A DNA stretch of 64,000 bases from Octopus sinensis (taxonomy: Eukaryota): assembly GCF_006345805.1 (NCBI RefSeq), contig NC_042999.1, positions 38,254,001 through 38,318,000 of the forward strand, in the 5' to 3' direction. This document shows positions 38,213-51,323 of this stretch, piece by piece; within the stretch, counting starts at the first letter, position 1; each line of letters starts with the position of its first letter. Made by a program: the position numbers and the translations under genes. Below the pieces are notes generated by a model, which was not told the DNA's origin, ran no database searches, and was given only the letters and a program-made list of their open reading frames with translations.

Positions 38213-38759
38213 ATTGAGTGAGAGAGCAGTTCATGCCATCAAAGTGACACTGGGGTGAAAATACGAAGCCCAATATACCATCATGACTACCCGTCTGATA
38301 AGGGTACACCAGGCACATCACAACAAACCATATGTGCGCGACATGGTGATCTCATATCAAGATAAACAGCACATGACCTTGAAGTTGGGGCCACAGTTAG
38401 AATTTTCTTCAGGTGAGTTGCCATCCCGCTCAAAAGGTCCTGAATAAGGGTTGTTAAGGATGTTGAAAGAACCACCCATGTTTCCAGAGGTGAATTATTC
38501 AAACTCCAAAGAATCCCTCTCAACACATGGCTATGATGCTCCCCCACTACTTCTGCTCGTGATCAGAGATGCACACATCGTCAGCCACTAAGGGACATGC
38601 TCAACTGGTTAAAGTCAAACAACTGACAAGCAAATCTGTGGTATTGAGCAGAATATTTGCTGTAGCCCATCTTTTATACCAAGACAAAACAATGTACATG
38701 ATAACACTTCCAATCAGTTAAGATCAGAAGCCATGAGAGCCACTGCCTGGTACTGCATC
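38213..38759 (-). mobile_element. TAA-tailed retroposon 3' segment
   Basis: Flanked by (TTA)n on both sides; homologous to 11429-11780. Confidence 0.7.
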
Positions 38760-38779
38760 TATTATTATTATTATTATTA

Positions 38780-38825
<46 letters not shown>

Positions 38826-38827
<2 letters not shown>

Positions 38828-39042
38828 TTTTTTTTTCCTTCTTTCAAATTTGCTTCCATTTCTTGCCGAGTGTCTTCCCGACTCCTCGGGCAAAGAAACT
38901 CATAGTATACATTGGTAGGCCATTAAACCAAACTCAGTAGTTCGTTCATTTTTTTATTTTTTAAATTTTTTTTTTAAAGTTAAATTAAAATACATGAGCA
39001 GCAACAGTTCTCACATCGACAATGCTCTTCTCAATACGTGTG

Positions 39043-39044
<2 letters not shown>
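38826..39044 (-). mobile_element. R4/Dong-like 3' end (same family as 9787-10120)
   Basis: Reverse complement of ~9912-10120; (TTA)n on both sides. Confidence 0.85.
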
Positions 39045-39097
<53 letters not shown>

Positions 39098-39098
<1 letters not shown>

Positions 39099-39797
39099 TA
39101 TGTTTGACTTTTGCTTTACATTTGTACAAGTTGGCTCCAAGTCTCACCCAGAGACCTCAAGAGACAACAGGCTGGAAGTTCATGTTGTTGTTACGCCTAG
39201 TGTGCCATATATTTGGTTTTATATTTAGTGTTGTACTAGTGAATGACAAAAAAAAAAAATTATGTTTGTTGTAAAACTTCAGATTACATAGAAAGTAATT
39301 TTGCGTAGGATATGAGCAGTTTCCATGAGCACTATCTTTTGAATTTCTGCCATTTTGGGGTTTCCTGGTATCTGAGTTAGGTAGCAATCAGCCCCTTTTG
39401 CTATCATTCCCAGGGCACCAATGACAACAGGTATTGTTTTAGTCTTCAGGTTCCACATTTTGCTGATTTCTATTTCAAGATCTTTATATTTGCTCAGGTT
39501 TTGGTAGGTCTTGACAGATACGTTTATATCGATTGGGACAGTCATATCAATGAGGAAGCATGTTCTTTGTCTTAAGTCTTTCAATATGATGTCTGGCCTA
39601 TTTGCATCTTTCTGTCAGTTTGAATGGTGAAGATCCAGAGGAGTGACATGTGGTCATTTTCAAGCACTGGAGGTGGTTTGTGTTCCCACCAGTTTTTTCA
39701 TGGGGCAAATCCAGGTTTTTTGCAAATTATCCAGTGCATATATTGTGCAACTCTATCATGCCTGTTGAGATACTCTGTAGGCGCTAGAAGACTGTAT
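39098..39797 (-). mobile_element. R4/Dong-like retrotransposon fragment, REL endonuclease domain
   Basis: YLNRHDRVAQYMHWIIC, ANRPDIILKD..CFLIDMTVP, KYKDLEIEISKMW, PVVIGALG, EIQKIVLMETAHILRK; embedded in (TTA)n. Confidence 0.85.
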
Positions 39798-39804
39798 AAT
39801 AATA

Positions 39805-39842
<38 letters not shown>

Positions 39843-39853
39843 TAATAATAATA

Positions 39854-39909
<56 letters not shown>

Positions 39910-41884
39910 GAAACAAGTATTTTTTACTGAGCTGTCTCGGTTTTCGTTAGCTTCACCATCAGTGATTGGTAATAAGATTGACAATATCAGTCACATCACC
40001 GACACACCTGAATACTATTTTGGGAAGTTGACGTGCATAAAACAAGCTTTTGATAGAATGCTATTCAATAAATGCTAAATACCATTTGAATTTTGAATGC
40101 GCTCTGGCGTAATACATCTCAAAAGCATCTTGAATATTATTGTAATTCATGCTTTTTTTTCTGACAGGATATAGTTTAATCATGACAGAATTGTAAAGAA
40201 ACAAAAGACAGAAATTACCGTAAACTTTGCAAGTATAATCGTCTCATTATTTTAGTATCGCATTAACCTTATATGCGAAAACCACTATATAGATGTTATC
40301 TGATAGGCTTATGCTGCTAGGTCAAGTAAAATATTTATTCGCTGTTAGTGGAACATTTAATATGGCTGAGGTGGGCTTGTGCAAAAATTACAGTTCAATC
40401 GAACAAAACAAAATAGCGTAATTCGTTATAAGTCCTGATATCACATCCTGTAGAAGTTGCATTGTGTCTTGCTCGCTCTTTATCATTGCGCCATCTATAA
40501 AATGTTGTCTCGTCAATTAACGAGATTGATCTAATGAACACTTCAAGTAGAATTTTATCTATAATTTCTTCAATGCTTATTCTACACACTGTTGAGAAAT
40601 AATGTGTCACCTGTTTAGACCTGTAAAGAAATAATTTAGGACTACTTCCAGTTGAAGAGAATCCGTTTATGCTAAAATTTAAAATTAATGTTCAAAAGTT
40701 ATGTATTTACTTTTTCTACATAGGCATGATATTTGACACACTCGATAAACACACTCGATAAAAGGTACGTGATGTAAGTTTCAACCAAGTCTAGACAGAA
40801 AAACTGGATTCGACTAAGATTGAAGCAAATTGATTTTCATTCAGTTACACAGTAACTTTTTTGGTGAAAGCTAAAACCATATTGTATGGAATTGTAGATA
40901 TGTGCGAACTCAGCCTACCAATATATACGGAGAGATGGCAAAAGAATACTATCATGGAAGCATAAAAATAGACTTCTACATATCAATGTTAACTGCGGAT
41001 AAATATAACTGTTTTTATTTACATCCACTGCAAAGTTCGATTCGCCACCAAGTGATCCAAGATGCAATCCACAGCATAACATCATGGCTAAAGTCATTTG
41101 TTATGTATTCGGATCACCTCCCACGGTGTCAGTGAAATTTAGTAGACTGAAAATTAATAGTAGCTAATTGGATGGATTGTATCTTTAATTTGAATATGAC
41201 CGACTTCCGTGCTGATTTTAGCAGAGAATGAAATAACGGACACACGAGTCTGGAATGCTGAACCACAAGCTCGTTAATTCACGAGCAGGTAAAATTCGCT
41301 TGATTAAAAGTCGGAGCCTTATTTTCAAACAACAGACAACTTCTGTAACACATAAAGGAAATAGATAAGAATTGCCTAAACGGTATCTGTTGGGAGGATT
41401 TCTTGATTGTTTACTTTTTAGATATAGGTCTAAACGTGTATGAATCCTAATTTGTGTAAATAGCTATTTTGGGCCAGTTGTGAATATCTCTGTATTGCTG
41501 GAAATTTTTTTTAATCTCCAATACATGCTTTGCGTTCAATAACAGCTTATTCATGTAAGTGTTACATCAATCTTCATATATAGTGTTGCTTCACGTTTCA
41601 TTCATTAGATGGCCTTCTTTATCTAATAAAGTAATGAAATAAAATGGGTAACGAGCTAACGAAATCCTTATCACATAGGAAAACATGTTTGGCGGCATTT
41701 CTTCTGGTTCTTTAACTTCAAATTGTGCCAAGGTCTACTCTACCTGTCACCCTTTCAGGCCCCATAGAATAAGTATCATTTGTGCACTGGAATCGATGTG
41801 ATCGATTTACCCTTTCTCTAAAATTGTGGGCCAGAATTTGAAATCTTTTATTCAGTAAAATCGAATTTGTATTTAGAGATACTT

Positions 41885-42045
41885 GTACTTGTAACGGCGT
41901 TCACCCAGGGCGAGTTGAGCCGGCTTCTCTGTTCCTAACGGCATCACGAACCATGGCAGTCCACGCTCGACGCTCCTGTGCAAGGTCATGGGAGGTAGCA
42001 AGCATTTCGCGGTTCCATCTGCGCAGACTTACCACCTGCGGACCT
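41885..42045 (-). mobile_element. RTE LINE 3' end with CAAGTA tail
   Basis: LRRWNREML..LAQERRAWTAMVRDAV..EAGSTRPG*, then ACGCCGTTACAAGTACAAGTA; GAGATACTT at 41876-41884 and 42046-42054. Confidence 0.8.
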
Positions 42046-42627
42046 GAGATACTTAGAATACGAATGATATGAAGCAATAAATCCTTAAGCTTATACTAAC
42101 TGGAAAACTATTGGGTTAAATGAATTATCAAAACTCATCCTGGAAACCATAAAAGCTCAAGCGATTAGTACACCTTGCGAAATATTACATTTTTTTAAAA
42201 TGTTAACCCTCTACGAGAAACATAATTCTGATGAACCAGTAATAGAAAAATATTTAAATCCTGATTAAAACGTTCAACGTTAATAGAATTTACGACGATG
42301 AATACAGCTGAGTAATTAATAGAGTTTAGAAAATTATTTTCTTTGAAGCAGAGGAAATATTAACTTTCAAATTATATTTATATATCGTTGTGAAAATATG
42401 ATGTCGTTATTTAAGGCATGCAAGGATGTTTACTGTAATTAGCAGAGCAATTCGATATGTATGCATAACGTGACACAGCATCAGCTGCCTCAAATATCAC
42501 ACTTTTGAAAATCGTATGAATGTGAAATCCTTTCCGAATATAAATATTTATCAAAATAAATTAACTTATTCTCTCTGTCTCTCATTATGTCTTTACTTTT
42601 CCAGCATGCTATATTTATTTATACTAT

Positions 42628-42686
<59 letters not shown>

Positions 42687-43021
42687 GTGTGCGTATGTGT
42701 GTATCTATTGTTTACTTTTAAAGGACACGATACATGTGCTACTAACAGTTTCATACGTTGAGAAATATCTCAAACATTATCATCAGGCACAAATCACATA
42801 TCATAACGATTTAAACAAATTGAATAAGAGAAGAAACGCGAAAAAAACTGAAAAGGCAGCATTTAGAAAACGCAGAAGGTTAAAAAAAAAAGGAAAATGG
42901 AAAATGGAAAACGAAAACACATAAACTAAAATGTGAAAAGTGAAAATTGAAACGGATAAAAGAAATATCCCCCCTAGACTTGAAATTATAAAGCTGGGTA
43001 TATATATATATATATGTATTC

Positions 43022-43080
43022 GTTGTGCAAGATTTTTTATTGGCTAAACTGGCAAAATGACCATTCCGAAATACAACAAT
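43022..43080. repeat. 59-bp internally inverted remnant of the 6887-7152 family
   Basis: GTTGTGCAAGATTTTTTAT joined to the opposite-orientation TGGCTAAACTGGCAAAATGACCATTCCGAAAT, between two (TA)n tracts. Confidence 0.75.
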
Positions 43081-43099
43081 TATATATAGTATATATATA

Positions 43100-43164
<65 letters not shown>

Positions 43165-43292
43165 TATATAATATATACATAAACACACACACACACATAC
43201 ACACACGTACATACACACACACAACACACACACACACACACACAACACACACACACCACATATATATATTATAATATATATATATATATATT

Positions 43293-43910
43293 TATTTTAC
43301 TACTGTCAGCTTGAGAGATGCTGTCATGCTAGGGCAGCACTGATACCTTTCCAACATTTTCCCTAAACCTGTGCTATATGGCATTTGACGAATGAATGAG
43401 TTGGAAGTTGCTGCCCTCATCTGTATTTCTTGCCGCTATGTCGGTTAACAGAAGGAGATCCACTTTCGCTTTGAAAACGTCTACATCCACTCCATGTGGT
43501 TCTCTCAAGCTTTCTGGGAGGATATTGAAGCACTGTGGTTCCTTGAAACCCAGGCTGTTGCAGTATCTGATTCCGTATCCTGATGGCAATGTTGATATTT
43601 TCTGTACTATGGAGTGGCATTCCGTTTTGCTATTTGTGTAGCGTACATTGGCAAAGTTAAGTCCAATATCTGGGAATTTCCAGATGTATATCACTGCATA
43701 TCATTCCCGCATTCGTTCTAGAGTGTTGAGTCTTAACTTTTCTAGCATATACATAGCCCGTTTGTTCCTGATTGCAATGGCTGGGTTGACATCGTGATGC
43801 ACGACAAAACATGTACAGTTTTTGCTGGAGGAGCCCTTCAACCCTCCAGGTTCAACCACATTAAATTTTTCCAGAGAAATCCAAATCACGTTGTAATTGC
43901 TCCGAAGATA
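43293..43910 (-). mobile_element. CR1/L2-group LINE 3' fragment
   Basis: LRLNTLERMRE.YAVIYIWK, YCNSLGFKEPQCFNILPESLR, VDVFKAKVD; short 3' UTR resembling the OR2-like SINE tail. Confidence 0.7.
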
Positions 43911-44282
43911 CAATACTTTAAAACGCACTCACATACACACGCACTCTCACACACACACATACACACACTCGCACACACTCGTACACACGCAGGTTTACAC
44001 ATCAGGTTCACATATACACAACATACGCGCGCTTACACGCCACACACAAATAAACCACACACATACACGCACACAAGCAACATATGTATGTGTATGTGTA
44101 TGGCTGCTTACATATGCTTGTGTTTGTCAAATGTACTTGATAGTCAACAACATATTAATATGTAATTAATTTGCGTCGCAACAATAAAATAAACTTGATA
44201 ATTTAATACTTAGGTGAATGCATATTTCACTGAACATGTACTATACACAGGTTAAAATAAATAGCGCCTTTTTCAAGCTTAT

Positions 44283-44572
44283 CCAGGCTCATGGACCCGG
44301 TTTTCCGGGTTCTATGGCGTATGTGTTCCCCTCCAGCTGGACGGGACACCAGTCCATCGCAGCGTTACTCAAGAAACAGGAAGAGAGAGAGAGTGAGAGA
44401 AAGTTGAGGCGAAAGAGTACAACAGGGGTCGCCACCACCCCTTGTCGGAGCCTCGTGGTGCTTCAAGGTGTTTTCGCTCAATAAACACAGAGAACCCCCG
44501 GACTGGGAATCGAAACCACGAACCTACGACCGCGAGTCCGCTACCCTAACCAATGGGCCATTGCGCCTCCAC
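44283..44572 (-). mobile_element. tRNA-derived SINE (OK-like family)
   Basis: Close copy of 17165-17446; TATACACAGG(T/A)TAAAATAAA at 44242-44261 and 44582-44601 is a possible TSD. Confidence 0.85.
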
Positions 44573-45373
44573 ACTGTAGTTTATACACAGGATAAAATAA
44601 AGGATTAGATATGCAAAGAACAATTCATTCCCTTATCATAGAATATTATGCCTATCTTACAATGAATAAGCGACCTTGTTCCTTTCATTTCGTGCAGAAA
44701 TGTTTCTGAATATGCTGCGTGCATTACTAATATACAGTCAATTCTGTTTCATCATGTTTAAATATGTACGTACAAACACGTACTTGAATATAGTCAAAGC
44801 GGTTTCAAACATGTCGCTGGTATTTTACAAAATCTGATTCACTTCCCATTATGCTATATCATCTATTCTAATGCTTATAATCATGAAAGTTATAAAATTC
44901 AATCACATCAAATCTAAAACAAACAAACACAGAAACAAACACGTAATAACTGACAAAGTTCGTTGATTTAGAATTAATAGCGATAAAAATGATTACCGCA
45001 GACATCAACAATAAAAACAGAAATATACAAACGCATTGACAGTAAGTTGGCAGCAGATTTTTGTAGTCATAGTGCTATGGTTTTGTTATTCTCTTTATGT
45101 AGTTCTGTGAAAACTTTTGTATAAAAGCCCAAGCTAAACTATATTTGATAAAACTTTCAAGATAGAGACCATTAAGTAATTACTAGCACAGGGGAATACA
45201 CAAATTTACAATATAGACAATATACACATACATACATAATTACGCACACACATACATACACGCAAACGCACATACATATGTATGTATCTATATATATAAA
45301 TATGTGTCTAAACGTGTCTATAATTACACGATCACGCAAACACAAACTCACATGTCTCATACAAACGCACATG

Positions 45374-45409
<36 letters not shown>

Positions 45410-45523
45410 ATACTTACAAAAGAAAAAAAACATACTTACAAGCATGTATATCTTTCTGCTCCTGGGTAACTGTACACACACACACATACCTATATATATA
45501 TATATATATACATACATACATAC

Positions 45524-45554
<31 letters not shown>

Positions 45555-45846
45555 CATACATATATATATATACATACATATATATTAATATATATTTATA
45601 TACACACATACATATACATATATATATAGTTTATGTACATATGTTTAAATACATACATTTATATGAATATATATGTGTGCGTGTATGCGTGTGTATGTTT
45701 GTATGTGTATGTATGTTTGTATGCGTATGTATGTATGCGCGTGTCTGTGTATATGCTGCTCTAAATGAAAGAAAAGCGCACTCAATACATTGTGTAGAAT
45801 TTATTGAATCAACGTGTATTTAAAATAATGTAAGCGTATGTATATA

Positions 45847-45899
<53 letters not shown>

Positions 45900-45900
45900 G

Positions 45901-45964
<64 letters not shown>

Positions 45965-46655
45965 TTACATATATGTTCATATGTATGTATGTATATATCA
46001 ATATATTATTTATGTACACACACACACACAAGCACACAGACACAGGCACACACACACATGCACACACATACTCACACACACACACGCACTGCCTAAAATA
46101 CTTTTATTTGTAGACATAAGCATTTATATTTTTCCATTATCTTTTGAAAGTTATGACAAACTATATTTTGTTTTGTTTTCCGATTGCGAAGAGATAGATA
46201 GATAGTTGAAATAAGAGAGAGAGAGCGAGCGAGAGTGAGAGAGAGATTGAAAGACAAGCAGAGTGAGAGTGTCTGAGAGAGGAGAAAGAGAATCAGAGAG
46301 AGAGAGAAAGAGAGAATGGGGGAAAGATTAGGAAATAAGAGGAAGAGACTGAAGAATTGTCTAGCTTAAATGCAATTTAAAGAGTGTTTTTGTTTTAATG
46401 TCAACACATGATCGATTATCAGGAACACCGGTGTTTTGTTTGTCTTTACATTTGAGTATATATATGCGCGCGAGCGAAGACACCCACACACATGGACACA
46501 AAGATACACAAGCCTACTCACACACACACACATGTATGTTCATATAATTATATATGCATTCATAAATATGCTTGTACATGTATATGTAATCTGAAATGCA
46601 GTTTACCAGGAATACAAACGTACATATATACATACTTACATACATACATAATATA

Positions 46656-46706
<51 letters not shown>

Positions 46707-47226
46707 ATATATATTATATAATATTTATATATATATATGTGTGTGTGTGTGTTTGTATATATATATATATATATATATGTACCGTCACATATGAATACTT
46801 ATATGTGTGTACGTTACTGTATTTTTTTTTGTGATCATGTTCATATGGGTATGTGTGTGTCTGCTTGTGCGTCTGTATTTTTTTTTGGGGGGGGGGGAAC
46901 TGAATCGTCCCCTCTCGTAAATCTAATTTTTTTTACCTTGATAATTACTTCAGCGTCTGACGTGGGGAAATAGCTATCATGAAACGTTAGAAAAATACAC
47001 AGAAACGCATGGGGATTCTAAGAGCCAACTGTACATTAAGATTTCATTGGAAACAGAAAAAAAAAGACCAAGCCCCAAAACATCAAGTCATGTATTACGT
47101 ATTCGTGTATTCAGTTGTGATACGCAAATCACATGACATTTTCATTTCGATGCTCTCCAAAACTTTTGCGCTTGTTTTTTGTCTCAACATATATATATAT
47201 ATATATATATATAATAATATATATAT

Positions 47227-47625
47227 ATTATTGGTGAATTGAAGAAATGGAGCTGAACGCAGATTGAACAGAAATCGTTTTATTTCATTCTACACGTGTT
47301 TCGAAAGGCACAAATTACCAAAATCCGATTGAATAATGGGACCATATTGTGTCTTTCTCTTCAGGAAGAAAAAAGGAAATCCGTTAGAGAAACAAAAACA
47401 GAAAGAGGCGGAGCAAAAACCAAATCGAACTATGCTCCTAAGAGCCCATGGCGAAACTGTTTATCAGTGTATGCTGAGAACCGGTGGCTGAAGAATTCTA
47501 CAGGTCAGGCATCGGTCAATCATGTGGGTGAGGGTGTATAGATGTTCTTAGTGACCGAGAATAAAGTTCTGACTATTTAAGGAATATTGGATGTTTTATA
47601 AGGGGCGAGAAAAAATCTACTTAGA
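47227..47625 (-). mobile_element. PLE pseudo-LTR-like segment ending at (TA)n
   Basis: Contains the hammerhead below; its last 69 bp are identical to 62946-63014; shares CTGCGTT..CTCCATTT with the 3' region of the 30.7-kb PLE. Confidence 0.65.
47283..47371 (-). ncRNA. Type-I hammerhead ribozyme, canonical core, extended stem II
   Basis: TTTCTTC-CTGAAGA-GAAAGACACAA(33 nt)TTGTGCCTTTC-GAAA-CACGTG-TA-GAATGAAA; stem II 10/11 pairs; predicted GUA cleavage between 47291 and 47290. Confidence 0.75.
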
Positions 47626-47654
47626 GACGTGTGTGTGTGTATACTGTTCTATAT

Positions 47655-48599
47655 ATGTGTGAAATTCCAAGAAATATCCCCAGAAATTCCAAATATTACT
47701 CCACGGTTAACTCACATAAAGTTAGGATAGCTTTCTCCAACACTAAAAACCTCGCCCAGATAATCGCCTCCCATAATAATAGGCTACTTACTAAGACCCT
47801 ATCACCTTTTTCCGGAGGCACAGCCTCTTCCGCTCCCGGTTTAATGCTCAGTAGGAATAATTATAGTAGTAATAATGATATGAGAGCCAGTACAGTGACA
47901 CATAATCTCAGCTCCAGCCAGGGAGTACCCACTAGGGGTATAGTTATAAATAGGGGTGTTGTGGTTGACGGTAACAATGGGAGTAGGGTAGAGAGCCCCA
48001 ATAGCAACCCCAGCATCATTTCCCGCAATAGCAGCACCACGGGCACTAGCAATGACAGTACTCTGATAGATAGTGGAGAATCAGGGGGTATTCCTATAGG
48101 TAATAGTGACGTAGTGGAAAATAGAGTAGTAAGCGGCTGCAGGTCTCGGAACGAATATAGTGACAGGAACGCAGTTCTAATTTCAGAAACTAATCCTAGC
48201 AGATTAAGATTTACGTCGGCGAACTCCAAGATCAAAAACGCCGTCTACCATGCAAGGTTTACACGGACTCAGATGTCTTCACTTATGTAGGGGCATCATC
48301 CTCAAGATTGTCTTTGCGTGTCTCCAATCATTACGCAACTTTTCGGGACGTGAACAAGCGCCAGACCACGGGACTCAGAAGCTAATATGGCGACTGAAGG
48401 ATACGGACTTAAGATACAGGCTGGAATGGTCAATTTTGTCGGGGCCCTCCCATTTGATAGGGGCAGAAGACAGTGTAACCTTTGTGTCTCCGAACTCTTC
48501 CATATTTTGTTTGCCAGAGGCCGGATGGTAAACGGGCTCTTACAGTCGGCTTTTCGATGCCCCCATTGGCGGCGTTACACTTATCTGGCTTTTAAATAG
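47655..48599 (+). pseudogene. PLE linker + GIY-YIG endonuclease fragment (frameshifted), related to 31191-31982
   Basis: HKVRIAFSNTKNLAQIIASHN, NSKIKNAVY, YVGASS..NHYATFRD, IWRLKD, CNLCVSELF, FRCPHW. Confidence 0.8.
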
Positions 48600-49026
48600 C
48601 GTTTATAAAAATACTGGCACCCATAGCCCTTGGTAACAAATTCTGAAATAGCCTTTAAGATATCTACGATTATCCACTGCAAGGGGAATTACTCCTGTAA
48701 GACAAACGGGGCTTGGTTTTTTCACAGCGGGGGGTTTCCTTGACAAGGCAGGCTCAGATGAACACACACACACATAAAACATAATATATATATATTTTTT
48801 TCTTTCTGCCACCCAACGGTTTTCACGGCAGTAATCGGTTCAAAACGTCAGGAATCTTCCCAACCTCTTTCGAATATAAATTAATAAAGTGCAATTTCAA
48901 ATGAAAGATATGCACGAATGGTATAGTTCTATAGGCATTTGATAACATTCCATCCATCACAAGCCCAGTTCTGCTTCATGCTTGAATATCTCTCTCACTC
49001 TCTCTCTCTCTCTCTCTCTTCCTCTG

Positions 49027-49107
<81 letters not shown>

Positions 49108-49973
49108 TTATCTACCTGCCTGTCTATCTGTCTGTCTATCTATATATCTTCCGGACGGTGGGATTGAACATAAGGCAATCTTCTCAACAACAGAGCCACT
49201 CCTGCTTCCCAACCTGGTGGTCTTGGGTTCAGTTCCAAAAGAATCGAAGACGACATGTGTTCAACTGAACCCTTTACTAGAAGAGTTACAATTTTGCTAC
49301 CTCTTCTGCTGGAGCCCCGACCTATCCTGAAATATAACCATATGTATACACATTCATATATAATCATATATGTACATACATATCCATGTGTATGTATCCT
49401 TGTGCCCTATATTTTTCCCACCATTGATTGACAAGCGGTGGCTGCTCACCTTCTCTCTACTTAGTGATTCGACAAATGACGATTAGAGAATACCAGGCTT
49501 TGTAAAATAACTATTGGGTCGATGTGAATCCCAGCATGGTCGGATATCTAGTTTTGAAACAAGTAAAATATACACACATATACTAGTTCTTTCAAGTGAC
49601 AACCTTGATAGAATGTTCGAAGTCCCGTTCTCATAAATCTTTGTAATCATTCTGTCTTTTCTGCGACATTGCTCTGTAGTATTTTGCCATAAATCTAATG
49701 ACACGTTGTAGTAATGTTCCCAAGGTGCTGTTTATTCCGAGTGGTATTTGCTTCATTAGGTTTTAATGTTTATTTTCAGTTCACCGTGACATTCCGCGTG
49801 TTTTTGCATGTTACTGTATGTATGTATGTATGCATGTATGTAATTATGTATGCATGTATGTATGTGTATATATATATATATATATTATATATATATATAT
49901 TATATATATATATATATAATATATATATATTATAACATATACATATACAAGTATATATACATACATGTACACA

Positions 49974-50038
<65 letters not shown>

Positions 50039-50891
50039 ATATATGTATATATGTATATATGTATGCACGATATGATATGTTATCGCAGAAATAGTTTAAT
50101 TCTACATTAGTGGTTTAATTGTATAAAATACCGTAATTTGGATACAGAGATTATATTTACAAATTTTGTTAAATTGATATTTACATAACAGTTAAGCGAT
50201 ATTAATTTTGTTCTTCAAATAAACAGAAATCAATGTACACACTGTCATTCACAATGACATTACATAAACAAGTGAAATATTAGATTATAATTTATTTGCT
50301 TTATATAACTAACAGAAATTGAATCTATGGAAAATAATATATAAATGGAATTAATTCTCATATCGGATTCGATTGGGAGATATGTTGTGAAGCGAAATAT
50401 ATTATTAGGAAGGAAATTTGGATATCATTAAGGTACATAATTGCATTAGATATATATTACGAGATTGATATTATTTGACTGAAGGGCAACATCGTTTTGA
50501 AATTGAAACCATGGTCACATAAGAATTATAGTTACTTGGATTACGGAATATGTACAAGTTAATATAAGTTGATATAAAGCAAATGATGAATACGTAGAGG
50601 TTACAATTCTCATCTATTAAAAAATAATATGCTTCTTATGACATGAGCAGAACAACCAGATCAAGCTGTGTGTTTTAATATCATACGAGTGTTTCCATAT
50701 ACCGCTGGCGCATTTTCTCGTAATTTCGGTCAAATATACAACTAACTTGTGCTGTACACTTATATACCCAAAGGATGCGTGTACAAACCGATTAAAATGA
50801 AAAGGTCAGATAATAAACTAGTTGTAACAAACACACAGAGAGAGGGGTAGAGGGGTGTATAATGACGTAGATTCCAGGAAAAAAGATAAAA

Positions 50892-51229
50892 AAAGAAGAG
50901 AGATGGAGGAAAATATAATACGATAATGCTGGAATAGAGAAGAAAATAAGAGGAAAAAAGGATGAAAACAAATGCGATGAATAGTAGAGGTATGTTAGTA
51001 TTGAGTTGTGATATTAATAATGATAATGTGGACAACAACAGAATAGGCACTTAAATTATTCATGCATACATGAACACTGTTATCGTGCTTTGTACTATAA
51101 CGGATTGGTCTGGTGATAATGTGTACATACATACTCCATGTCCCCCTACATGGCCTTGCTATTTGCTTTTGAGCCAAATTAACTAACTAACTAACTAACA
51201 TACATATATACATACACACACACACACAC

Positions 51230-51323
<94 letters not shown>

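Noticed and set aside
40395-40621. 75-codon minus-strand frame after a good TTTCTTTACAG acceptor
   Set aside because: Unrecognised peptide and no partner exons; unsupported.
47861-48235. 124-aa Leu-rich minus-strand ORF
   Set aside because: Antisense shadow of the PLE low-complexity linker.
48815-48860. Possible hammerhead relic 3' of the plus-strand PLE (..TTCAAAACGTCAGG)
   Set aside because: Position is suggestive, but neither CUGANGA nor GAAA is intact.
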